In this document: piece after piece, positions 8,612 through 17,998 of the stretch | Position numbering within the stretch: the first letter of the stretch is position 1 | Layout of the letters: every line of letters begins with the position of its first letter | Assembly (NCBI GenBank): GCA_965248755.1 | Contig: OZ252149.1 | Location: 2,144,001 to 2,208,000, forward strand | Length of the DNA: 64,000 bases | Reading direction: 5' to 3' | From: Candidatus Latescibacterota bacterium | GTDB taxonomy: Bacteria > Latescibacterota > CBDEFO01 | Program-made: the position numbers and the translations under genes | Notes under the pieces: model-generated | Database searches by the model: none | What the model was told of the DNA's origin: nothing | What the model saw: the letters and a program-made list of their open reading frames with translations, nothing else

Positions 8612-11161
8612 ATGAATTGGACTTGGGGGACTTGCGCAGTGGTTCGTGTGGCAGTCTCAGTAATTTTGTTTTTCCCTTTTTATGTCGAGGCTCAAAAAGG
8701 GCATAGAATCATCGAAAACAGGATTCAAATCAACCAGAGATCTCAATGGGAGGTGTGGGATATTGAAGGAGGCAACACAAATATTTCGCAGGATGGCTCG
8801 GTAAGTCCCAGCTTTATACATAAAAACATCAATGCCGCCTTGGATGCAGAGGAGTTCTCCTTAACTGATGAAGGGGGCATAACTGCCGGTTCGAACCAGC
8901 AGGATGCGCGTAATTTGATGGATGGAGATATGAGCACAACCTGGGGTCCCGAGAGGAACAGCCCCTTTGAGGATTGGTGGGTGACTTTGAGTTTAGGACG
9001 GTTAGTTGTCGCTTCAAAGATAGTGTTGCGCTTCGCCGAGGAAGGCGAGGGGGATCCCTTTTTGCAGTTTAAGGTTTTAGTCTGGAGACACCCCCCTGCA
9101 ACGGTCAAAGCTGACGACCACCCGTTTTATCAAAGTTATCTGCTTCCGCTAACCAATACGCCGAGATTCTGGGAGATCGGCAGGAGTATCAAACCCAACA
9201 AGACTCAGAGGGTCTTTGAGTTTGTCCCTCCATCAACGCAATCTACAGATGACGTTTTTACAGGAGATCCTATTGAGTATGTTCAGATAATCGCTACAGA
9301 CAGCGATTTTGACAAGGCACAGGAGGTATCGAAAGAGGATTACGATGTCCTTCCGGACGATAAGAAAGGGGCTGTGGAATACTTTAGAAGGAGCATATCT
9401 GGCAGGGAGACCCTGATCTCGGAAGAAGAATACGAGGCGATCCATCCCAGCCGGCAGGGCCCCATAAGGTACTACAGGAGGGAGATACCCAGATTAGCCG
9501 AAATCGAGGTCTGGACCCCCGGGGATAATATCAACCTCGGCATAACAGAGCGCGGCGGGAAGTTGACTATTGAGATCAAGGGCGGCGTTAGGGATGCCGG
9601 TTCCGTTGTTACAGACGGCGATTATGGAACGTCGCTTAACGGGACGATAAGTTCGTTTTACACCTATACTTTCCTTCAGGATTTGGGGGCGCTCTTTTGG
9701 ATCGAGAAAATGCAGGTTCTAAACGACGGATCATCCAGCATAGCTAAGATCTTTCTGGATATATCTGACGGGACGAGGGCGCCCGACGGCAGCATCAAGT
9801 GGACGAGGGTGGGAAGCAGTACACAGAAATCAGCATACGCCGAGATGAAGTTTGATCCTGCTAAAGTCAGATTTATCAGGGTACCGTACGAGCATGAACA
9901 GCAGGTCGGGGGGCTGGCTTACATATCATGGACAGACGTGATGCTTTACGGTGAAGGATACCTTCCGGAGGTGGTGATGACTTCGGACCTTATAGAGTTG
10001 GGCGGCAGGAAGAATCTCATTTCCATAGAATGGGAGGCGGACACTCCCCCTGGCACAAGCGTCCGGTTGCAGACGAGGACGGGCAACGAATTGGATGAGG
10101 AGAAGATATTTCACGACTCAAAGGGCAAAGTTATTACAGAGAAGAGATACAACAAACTTCCCAAAAGCAGGCGGGGTGAAATAACGAGCATATTTAAGCC
10201 GGGCGGCGATTGGAGCACCTGGAGCGCTCCCTACCGTTTTCAAGGTGAGGACATAAAGTCTCCAAGTCCCAGAGAGTTTATGCTTATAAGGGCAAGGATT
10301 CTGTCGGATAGTCCCGATATTGCCGCATCTTTGCGCTCCATCGAGGTGAATATGTCCGATCCGATCGCGGACAGGATGATCGGAGAGGTGTGGCCCAACA
10401 GGATCGTGACCTTAGGCAGACCTGAGGATTTCTCATTATTCATTCGTCCTTCTTTCAGCACGGCATTACAGAGATTTGATGAGATTATGATAGAAGCCAC
10501 TGCCGGAAGCCAGATGGAACTCCTCCGGGTGCGTACAGGCAGCGATGAGGATTTTCAAAACGGTGAGATTAGAGGTTTTTCACCTTCAGAGTTGACAACG
10601 TTCGAATCACAGCCCGACACACTCTGGTTTCGCCTGCCTGATCCTGTCAGGAGGGGAGTGGACCTTGTTGAGGTTCAGTTCCGTTCGAGGATCTTTTCAA
10701 ACAGCGAATCGTTCAAGGCATCGGGCCAAAGCTCTAACTCCCCCGGTTTTTGGCAGAGGGTAGATGCTGGAGATGCTACGGATTTGGTAAACAGCCAGAG
10801 GACAATTGTCCTTGCTTTGGGGGGAAATGAGATTATACAAGATTTGATTATTGATCCTGAGACGATTACTCCCAACGGAGATGGGGTAAACGATGAGATG
10901 ACGTTTAGCTTCAGCGTTACAGGCGTAATAACAGCTAAGGAAGTGAAAGTTACGATATACGATCTCGGCGGTGTTGTAGTCAAGGTGTTGTCAGAGCACA
11001 GATCTGATCCGAGGGGGGCCTATTCAATTGTCTGGACAGGAGATGACCGATCGGGCAACATAGTTTCTCCCGGGATGTATCTTTCCAGGGTCGAAGTAGA
11101 TGTCGATTCCGGTTCTGCAGAGGATACTTCTGCTGATCGGTTGGTCTCTGTGGCCTATTGA
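8612..11161 (+). CDS. Large secreted protein with discoidin-like modules and C-terminal FlgD Ig-like domain
   Basis: Signal peptide; NLMDGDMSTTW..WVTLSLG; C-terminal ITPNGDGVND...WTGDDRSGNIVSPGMY. Start uncertain (8576-8612). Confidence 0.8.
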   Translation: MNWTWGTCAVVRVAVSVILFFPFYVEAQKGHRIIENRIQINQRSQWEVWDIEGGNTNISQDGSVSPSFIHKNINAALDAEEFSLTDEGGITAGSNQQDARNLMDGDMSTTWGPERNSPFEDWWVTLSLGRLVVASKIVLRFAEEGEGDPFLQFKVLVWRHPPATVKADDHPFYQSYLLPLTNTPRFWEIGRSIKPNKTQRVFEFVPPSTQSTDDVFTGDPIEYVQIIATDSDFDKAQEVSKEDYDVLPDDKKGAVEYFRRSISGRETLISEEEYEAIHPSRQGPIRYYRREIPRLAEIEVWTPGDNINLGITERGGKLTIEIKGGVRDAGSVVTDGDYGTSLNGTISSFYTYTFLQDLGALFWIEKMQVLNDGSSSIAKIFLDISDGTRAPDGSIKWTRVGSSTQKSAYAEMKFDPAKVRFIRVPYEHEQQVGGLAYISWTDVMLYGEGYLPEVVMTSDLIELGGRKNLISIEWEADTPPGTSVRLQTRTGNELDEEKIFHDSKGKVITEKRYNKLPKSRRGEITSIFKPGGDWSTWSAPYRFQGEDIKSPSPREFMLIRARILSDSPDIAASLRSIEVNMSDPIADRMIGEVWPNRIVTLGRPEDFSLFIRPSFSTALQRFDEIMIEATAGSQMELLRVRTGSDEDFQNGEIRGFSPSELTTFESQPDTLWFRLPDPVRRGVDLVEVQFRSRIFSNSESFKASGQSSNSPGFWQRVDAGDATDLVNSQRTIVLALGGNEIIQDLIIDPETITPNGDGVNDEMTFSFSVTGVITAKEVKVTIYDLGGVVVKVLSEHRSDPRGAYSIVWTGDDRSGNIVSPGMYLSRVEVDVDSGSAEDTSADRLVSVAY

Positions 11162-11197
11162 TTGTTCTGTCACGCCGTATTAAGGAGGAGGTTGAAA

Positions 11198-13147
11198 ATG
11201 AGAAATGTTAGATTGGGGTTATGCTTGTGGGTCCTTATCCTGGCGGTTGTGCTGACATATAAGGATTCATCAGGACTTATCATCTACAGATTCGGCGGCC
11301 AGGCACTCCCTCCTCCTTCTGATGCGGAAAGTGAGGGTGTAGAATTTATTCAGAAAAGCTGGTCGGATTTGAACAGTTCACAGGGAGGAGAGACCTTTCA
11401 GCTCGTTATGGAGGACAATTCGATTAAGGCTTTTGAATTAGATCCTCAGGAGAATATAGCCCCAACGATTGAAGAAAGAGGAGGACGTAGAGAGTATGGA
11501 GCAGTTGACTACGTTGATGTGTTTGACGGGGATTTGACCACAGTGCACACTCTTCCCAGATACCTCTGTGCGGAGAAAGCCCTTAAAACCCGGCAGAGCT
11601 GCCTCTTACCTCCGTATGACACTGAAGGTCTAATCCAGATATCTCTCAACGGTCTATTTCTCATTGACAGGATCAGGATAATATCAGGACTCCTTGATCC
11701 GGACAAAGTTGTGCAGAGGGTTCGCGTCTACACTACCAACCTTCTCGTCGGACATAGAGGTGTCTATCATGAAATGGAAGATTGGATACAACCGAGTGAT
11801 GCGGTCCATGGTTCGGCTCACATAGACAATTCTATATACTCCGTGCTTGAGGTTAAGGACAACATGAAGCAGTACCTGGATATAGAGCCGGCCCCTATAA
11901 GGACTACCTTCATCCAGTTGACGGTGGCTGAACACAATGTAGAGTGGGAAATTGCAGAAGTAGAGGTCTATGCGAAGGGTTTTCTTGAAGAATCTTCATA
12001 TGTATCCGACAGGATAGACTTTGGGATCCCAGCAGCCTGGGGCGATATTAGATGGTCCGGAAGTAGAGACCCGGGCGCAAAAGTCTTGATACAGACAAGG
12101 AGCGGAGCGGACGACGATCCCACTATGTACTGGAAGAACACAGGGCGCGGGGGTGAGAAGAAGGAAGTGACCAGGTCTCGATATAACAGGCTCAATTTCG
12201 GCGAGAAGGCAGGAACGACCCATGATAGGGACAACTGGACGCTCTGGTCTCAACCTTACGATTTTGCCGACAGTTTAGGCACATCCGTTGTCTCTTTGAG
12301 TCCCCGTCGCTTCGTTCAGTTTAAGGTCGACTTCTTTCCACTGGGAGAGGCGGGTGGCGGACTGGACTTTTTGGAGTTTCGCGCCTCTGTCCCTCCTTCG
12401 GCCTCCAAGTTGGTGGGTGAGATTTCTCCTGTCCGGGTGGAAGTGGGGAAGGTATCACGTTTCACCTACGCTGTGAAGCCGACCATAGAGGGGGACGATA
12501 GAGGATTCGACAGTTTGGAGATGACCACAGCTTCTACGATTATGTCTGTCAATTCGGTGAGGATAGACGATGTTGATGTTCCGTTTGAGGTGGAGGCTTT
12601 AGAGGAGAATGAATTCGAGGTCAGTATCCCCAGAATAGGGAGGGAGGATTCAGGGGCGTTGATTGAGGTGGTATTCGATGCTAAGGTTTTAAGATATGGT
12701 TCTTCCTTCAATGCTCGTGTCTTCGACAGCAGCAGGCCTTGGGAGGTCCATCAGGGGGTCGGCGCTGGAGATGCAAAGGCCGAGTTCGAGGAGAACAGCG
12801 TATCTGTTATAACATCGGTTGAAGATAAGTCAGTACTTGAGGTGAGCGTTTCGCCTGAGACGTTCACACCGAATGGAGATGGGATAAACGACGTTGCCAT
12901 CATATCTTATGATATCTTTGAGATTACAGTTTCGGTCTTTGTGACAGTTGAGATACGAGATTTGTCAGGTAATTCTCTTCGGAAGGTATATTCAGGGGAT
13001 GATCCGATCGGTCATCACGAGCGGGAGTGGGATGGGAGGGACGATTCAGGGGAGATAGTCCCTCCTGGTGTCTACGTATATCAAGTTTCTATGGAGGCTG
13101 ATAAAGGAAACGACGATAAAGCCGGAACTGTCGACGTAGCTTATTAA
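11198..13147 (+). CDS. Secreted protein with C-terminal FlgD Ig-like domain, copy 1
   Basis: ATG 11198 follows AAGGAGGAGG; signal peptide; FTPNGDGIND...WDGRDDSGEIVPPGVY. Confidence 0.85.
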   Translation: MRNVRLGLCLWVLILAVVLTYKDSSGLIIYRFGGQALPPPSDAESEGVEFIQKSWSDLNSSQGGETFQLVMEDNSIKAFELDPQENIAPTIEERGGRREYGAVDYVDVFDGDLTTVHTLPRYLCAEKALKTRQSCLLPPYDTEGLIQISLNGLFLIDRIRIISGLLDPDKVVQRVRVYTTNLLVGHRGVYHEMEDWIQPSDAVHGSAHIDNSIYSVLEVKDNMKQYLDIEPAPIRTTFIQLTVAEHNVEWEIAEVEVYAKGFLEESSYVSDRIDFGIPAAWGDIRWSGSRDPGAKVLIQTRSGADDDPTMYWKNTGRGGEKKEVTRSRYNRLNFGEKAGTTHDRDNWTLWSQPYDFADSLGTSVVSLSPRRFVQFKVDFFPLGEAGGGLDFLEFRASVPPSASKLVGEISPVRVEVGKVSRFTYAVKPTIEGDDRGFDSLEMTTASTIMSVNSVRIDDVDVPFEVEALEENEFEVSIPRIGREDSGALIEVVFDAKVLRYGSSFNARVFDSSRPWEVHQGVGAGDAKAEFEENSVSVITSVEDKSVLEVSVSPETFTPNGDGINDVAIISYDIFEITVSVFVTVEIRDLSGNSLRKVYSGDDPIGHHEREWDGRDDSGEIVPPGVYVYQVSMEADKGNDDKAGTVDVAY

Positions 13148-13205
13148 GTAAACAGCAGTCAGGGAAGGAGGAGGATCCGCATCTACCATTTCAAAGTGGG
13201 GGGAT

Positions 13206-13546
13206 TTGGAAACTTCGACATATGGAAGGACTTCATCCGACGCAGTAGAAACTAAAACTTCAGGTATTACGTTCAGGTCTATTTTTATCAGAGCGCTCTT
13301 ATCACTGTTTATAGGCATCGCTGTTCCCTATTCCAGTATGATCATTAAGGGAACGCGGGTTGCTCATAATTTCAGCACTCCTGCCGCCCTGTTTGTCTTC
13401 TTCATCTTCGTTGCGATCATCAACGTGATTTTAGGCGCCCTGAGAAGGAGCTTCGCCCTCACCCGCGCAGAGTTAGCTACAGTCTATATTATTTGGTAAT
13501 AGACTTTTTCACAGGCATGACGGGAAATGGTGTCGGATATTTCTAA
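13206..13546 (+). pseudogene. Internally deleted DUF6785/DUF6784-like transporter gene
   Basis: The 5' part matches the intact copy up to 16014, then jumps at 13492/13493 to sequence matching 17651 onward (~1.64 kb missing, out of frame). Confidence 0.9.
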
Positions 13547-13575
13547 GGGGCTGGTCTGGATACGATGTTCCGTGA

Positions 13576-13681
13576 GGGACGACCGATGGGGAATTTAGTT
13601 CCTCCCGGGATATATCTTTCCAGGGTCGGAGTAGATGTGGATTCTGATTCTGCCGATCGCTTGCTCTCTGTGGCGTACTGA
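13576..13681 (+). pseudogene. Duplicated 3' fragment of the 8612..11161 gene
   Basis: Matches 11039-11161 (…DDRWGNLVPPGIYLSRVGVDVDSDSADRLLSVAY*). Confidence 0.85.
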
Positions 13682-13710
13682 TCCTTCGGTACGCGGTATT
13701 GGGGAGGATA

Positions 13711-15669
13711 TTGAAAATTAGAAATAGCAGATTGGGGTTATGCTTGTGGGTCCTTATGCTAGCGATTGTGCTGACATATCAGGATTCATCAGGACTTATC
13801 ATCTACAGATTCGGCGGCCAGGCACTCCCTCCTCCTTCGGAGGTGGAAAGTGAGGGTGTAGAATTTATTCAGAAAAGCTGGTCGGATTTGAACAGTTCAC
13901 AGGGAGGAGAGACCTTTCAGCTGGATATGGAGGACAATTCGATTAAGGCTTTTGAGTTAGATCCTCAGGAGAATATAGCCCCAACGGCTGAAGAAAGAGG
14001 AGGACGCAGAGAGTATGGAGCAGTTGACTTCGTTGATGCGTTTGACGGGAATTTGACCACAGTGTACTCTGCTCCCACATATAGCTGTGCGGAGGTTTTC
14101 CATACTAGACGAGGGCAGACGTGCGAACACGATCATTATGACGAGCTTGGTTTGGTCCAGATATCTCTCGGCGGTCTATTTCTCATTGACAGGATCAGGA
14201 TAATATCAGGATTCGTTAATCCGGACGGCGTTGTGCAGAGGCTTCGCGTCTACATCACCAACCTTCTCCCCGGACATAGAGGTGTCTGGGTTGAAGGGGA
14301 AGATTGGATACAACCGGCCAATAGACCGGATCAGATGGACAATTCTATATTCTCCGTGCTTGAGATTAAGGACAACAAGGAGCAGTTCCTGGAGATAAAG
14401 GTGGCGCCTATAAGGACTACCTTCATCCAGTTTGTGGTGGCAGAACACGATGTATTGTGGGAAATTGCAGATATAGAGGTCTATGCGAAGGGTTTTCTTG
14501 AAGAATCTTCATATGTATCCGACAGGATAGACTTTGGGAGCCCAGCAGCCTGGGGCGATATTAGATGGTCCGGAAGTAGAGACCCGGGAGCAAAAGTCTT
14601 TATACAGACAAGGAGCGGAGCGGACGACGATCCCAATATCTACTGGGAGGAGACAGGGCGCGCGGGTGAGAAGAAGGAAGTGGACAGGTCTCGATATAAC
14701 AGGCTCAAGTTCAGCGAGAAGGCAGGAACGACCCATGACAGGGACAACTGGACGTTCTGGTCTCAACCTTACGATTTTGCCGACAGTTTAGGCACATCCG
14801 TTGTCTCTTTGAGTCCCCGTCGCTTCGTTCAGTTTAAGGTCGACTTCTTTCCACTGGGAGAGGCGGGTGGCGGACTCGACTTCTTGGAGTTTCGCGCCTC
14901 TGTCCCTCCTTCGGCCTCCAAGTTGGTGGGTGAGATTTCTCCTGTCCGGGTGGAAGTGGGGAAGGTATCACGTTTCACCTACGCTGTGAAGCCGACCATA
15001 GAGGGGGACGATAGAGGATTTAACAGTTTGGAGATGACCACATCTTCTACGATTATGTCTGTCAATTCGGTGAGGATAGACGATGTTGATGTTCCGCCTG
15101 ACGATTTCGAGGTGGAGGCTTTAGAGGAGAATCGGTTCGAGGTCAGTTTCCCAAGAATAGATAGGGAGGATTCAGGGGCGTTGATTGAGGTGGTATTCGA
15201 TGCTAAGGTTTTAAGATATGGTTCTTCCTTCAACGCTCGTGTCTTCGACAGCAGCAAGCCTTTGGAGGTCCATCAGGGGGTCAGCGCTGGAGATGCAAAG
15301 GCCGAGTTTGAGGAGAACAGCGTATCTGTTATAACATCGGTTGAAGATAAGTCAGTACTTGAGGTGAGCGTTTCGCCTGAGACGTTCACACCGAATGGAG
15401 ATGGGATAAACGACGTTTCCATCATATCTTATGATATCTTTGAGATTACAGTTTCGGTCTTTGTGACAGTTGAGATACGAGATTTGTCAGGTAATTCTCT
15501 TCGGAAGGTATATTCGGGGGATGATCCGATCGGTCATCACGAGCGAGAGTGGGATGGGAGGGACGATTCAGGGGAGATAGTACCTCCTGGTGTCTACGTA
15601 TATCAAGTTTCTATGGAGGCTGATAAAGGAAACGACGATAAAGCCGGAACTGTCGACGTAGCTTATTAA
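13711..15669 (+). CDS. Secreted protein with C-terminal FlgD Ig-like domain, copy 2
   Basis: Paralog of 11198..13147. The ATG of copy 1 is ATT here, so the start is probably TTG 13711 (or TTG 13699). Confidence 0.8.
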   Translation: MKIRNSRLGLCLWVLMLAIVLTYQDSSGLIIYRFGGQALPPPSEVESEGVEFIQKSWSDLNSSQGGETFQLDMEDNSIKAFELDPQENIAPTAEERGGRREYGAVDFVDAFDGNLTTVYSAPTYSCAEVFHTRRGQTCEHDHYDELGLVQISLGGLFLIDRIRIISGFVNPDGVVQRLRVYITNLLPGHRGVWVEGEDWIQPANRPDQMDNSIFSVLEIKDNKEQFLEIKVAPIRTTFIQFVVAEHDVLWEIADIEVYAKGFLEESSYVSDRIDFGSPAAWGDIRWSGSRDPGAKVFIQTRSGADDDPNIYWEETGRAGEKKEVDRSRYNRLKFSEKAGTTHDRDNWTFWSQPYDFADSLGTSVVSLSPRRFVQFKVDFFPLGEAGGGLDFLEFRASVPPSASKLVGEISPVRVEVGKVSRFTYAVKPTIEGDDRGFNSLEMTTSSTIMSVNSVRIDDVDVPPDDFEVEALEENRFEVSFPRIDREDSGALIEVVFDAKVLRYGSSFNARVFDSSKPLEVHQGVSAGDAKAEFEENSVSVITSVEDKSVLEVSVSPETFTPNGDGINDVSIISYDIFEITVSVFVTVEIRDLSGNSLRKVYSGDDPIGHHEREWDGRDDSGEIVPPGVYVYQVSMEADKGNDDKAGTVDVAY

Positions 15670-15727
15670 GTAAACAGCAGTCAGGGAAGAAGGAGGATGC
15701 GCATCTACTATTCCAAAGTGGGGGGAT

Positions 15728-17704
15728 TTGGAAACTTCGACATATAGAAGAACTTCATCCGACGCAGTAGAAACTAAAACTTCAGGTATTACGTTCAGGT
15801 CCGTTTTTATCGGAGCGCTCTTATCACTGTTTATAGGCATCGCTGTTCCCTATTCCAGTATGATCATTAAGGGAACGCGCCTTGCTCATAATTTCAGCAC
15901 TCCCGCCGCCCTGTTTGTCTTCTTCATCTTCGTTGCGATCATCAACGTGATTTTAGGCGCCCTGAGAAGGAGCTTTGCCCTCAGCCGTCCAGAGTTAGCC
16001 ACAGTCTATATTATGGCGATGATCGCAACAGCAATACCCACCATCGGATTTTCCGAATACGTCCTGCCTATCATCATTGGCGTTTACTATTTCGCAACAC
16101 CTGAGAACGACTGGGCAAACCTTATTCATCCCAACGTGCCAGAGTGGATAACACCCAAGGATCCGGATGCAATAAGGTATTTCTATGAGGGCCTCCCCCA
16201 AGGCCAGTCTGTGCCCTGGAAAGAATGGTTTGAGCCGATATTTTACTGGTGTCTGTTCATAGTCACCCTCTATTTTGTGATGATATGCATGATGATAATT
16301 ATGAGGAAGCAGTGGATGGAGAGAGAGAGGTTGCTCTATCCGTTGGTTCAGGTCCCCCTGGAGATGATACGGGACGATGAGAGGGGCTCCCTTATCAAAC
16401 CTCTCTTCAAGAATCCGGTTATGTGGATCGGTTTTGCCATTCCCTTCTTAATAGGAAATGTGAATGCGTTTCACAATTACTTCCCTTTCATCCCGAGTAT
16501 TGAAATGGGCACTAGTCTGGCACTCTTCAGGAATACTACATGGCTCTCCTTCAATATGAACATACCGCTGATCGGTTTTGCGTATCTTTTGAATCGCGAC
16601 ATTGCATTAGGATTTTGGCTCTTTTTTCTTCTGTCGATAGTAGAAAGGGGTACATTCAGCATTATAGGCTTTCAGAGCACGGAGAATTTAAGCAGGTTTG
16701 CGAATCTCGCTGGCCCTTACCTTGCGCATCAGGCGATGGGAGCTATGATAGTATTGGTGTTGTCAGGGCTATGGGTAGCCAGAGGACACCTTAGAGATGT
16801 GTTCAGGAAGGCCTTCAGGGGAGACCCGGATGTAGATGATTCGGGGGAAGTGCTATCTTATCGAACAGCCGTTTATGGGCTTTTGATTGGGCTTTTTCTT
16901 ATGAGCATCTGGCTCTGGAAGTCAGGTTTCCCCATCTGGATCGTGCCCATATTCTTATTTGCAGTCTTTGTTATATTTACGGCCCTAACCAGAGCGGTGA
17001 TAGAGGGAGGTGCATCCATCCTGAGGACGCCTATAACGCCTTCAGACTTCGTCGTTTCTGGAATAGGGAGCAGTGTCCTGGGGTCATCCGGACTGGTAGC
17101 TTTAGCATTTACGTATGTTTGGAGCGCCAATATTCGCATCTTCTTTATGCCCTGTTTCGCCAATGCGCTGAAATTAGCAGAGGAGATAAAGGGGAGTAAG
17201 AGACCTTTAATTTGGGCGGTGGCAGTAGCTATAGCGGTCACCATAGCAGGGTCTGTATGGGTGATTATGGATATGTCCTATAAGCACGGCGGGATCAATC
17301 TTGACTCCTTCTATTTCATTGCTGTTCCTCGAAATGCATTTAGATATATAGCCCCTAAATTGGCCAATCCTGTCGCGGCGAACATAGGAGGATGGATATT
17401 TACGGCTATAGGTGCTCTTCTAATGGGTCTTTTGACGTTTGCCAGGTATCGGTTTTTGTGGTGGCCTGTACACCCCTTGGGATTTGCCACCAGCACGTTC
17501 TATATTATGAATGTGGCCTGGTTTCCTGTCTTTTTAGCGTGGATATTTAAGACGATAATTCTCAAATATGGTGGATCGCTGTTGTATAGAAGGACGAGGC
17601 CGTTTTTCCTGGGATTGATTTTGGGGGCGGTATTTGTTGCGGGGATGTGGTTGGTAATAGACTTTTTCACAGGGAAGACCGAAAATGGTGTCGGATATTT
17701 TTAA
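15728..17704 (+). CDS. DUF6785/DUF6784-like polytopic membrane protein (putative OPT-like transporter)
   Basis: Many TM segments; QWMERERLLYPLVQVP, WWPVHPLG and ILKYGG..LY...RPFFLGLILG motifs. Confidence 0.8.
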   Translation: METSTYRRTSSDAVETKTSGITFRSVFIGALLSLFIGIAVPYSSMIIKGTRLAHNFSTPAALFVFFIFVAIINVILGALRRSFALSRPELATVYIMAMIATAIPTIGFSEYVLPIIIGVYYFATPENDWANLIHPNVPEWITPKDPDAIRYFYEGLPQGQSVPWKEWFEPIFYWCLFIVTLYFVMICMMIIMRKQWMERERLLYPLVQVPLEMIRDDERGSLIKPLFKNPVMWIGFAIPFLIGNVNAFHNYFPFIPSIEMGTSLALFRNTTWLSFNMNIPLIGFAYLLNRDIALGFWLFFLLSIVERGTFSIIGFQSTENLSRFANLAGPYLAHQAMGAMIVLVLSGLWVARGHLRDVFRKAFRGDPDVDDSGEVLSYRTAVYGLLIGLFLMSIWLWKSGFPIWIVPIFLFAVFVIFTALTRAVIEGGASILRTPITPSDFVVSGIGSSVLGSSGLVALAFTYVWSANIRIFFMPCFANALKLAEEIKGSKRPLIWAVAVAIAVTIAGSVWVIMDMSYKHGGINLDSFYFIAVPRNAFRYIAPKLANPVAANIGGWIFTAIGALLMGLLTFARYRFLWWPVHPLGFATSTFYIMNVAWFPVFLAWIFKTIILKYGGSLLYRRTRPFFLGLILGAVFVAGMWLVIDFFTGKTENGVGYF

Positions 17705-17998
17705 GGGGCTAGTCTGTATACGATAGGGGGGCGGTGGGGCCCCTCCAAATCTACAAAGGCCCGCACAGGTATAAATCTTTCTCAAACCTGTGGGTTTTGA
17801 ACACCGCATTGTCTGAAGCATTCTCATCGTAACTCTTGCTGACATGGGGTTACGCTTTCCACGACGGCCTGTTTGTCGATCTTCCCCACTGGATCGATCT
17901 CTTCCTGCTGGCACTCAGAGCGAGCTATTTCCCCGAACAACAAGCCACAGCCGTGATGACTCTGTCTGGTAAATCCGGGAGCTTTCTGCCTCGCGTTT

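Larger units (their letters stand above)
11039..17720 (+). repeat. Tandem duplication of the unit [3' end of the 8612 gene, FlgD protein, DUF6785-like gene]; unit 1 ~11039-13566, unit 2 ~13576-17720
   Basis: Long near-identical nucleotide stretches, including the intergenic regions. Confidence 0.9.

Noticed and set aside
11198..15669. Diversity-generating retroelement behind the variable paralogs
   Set aside because: No reverse transcriptase is present, and the differences are not adenine-specific and include indels.
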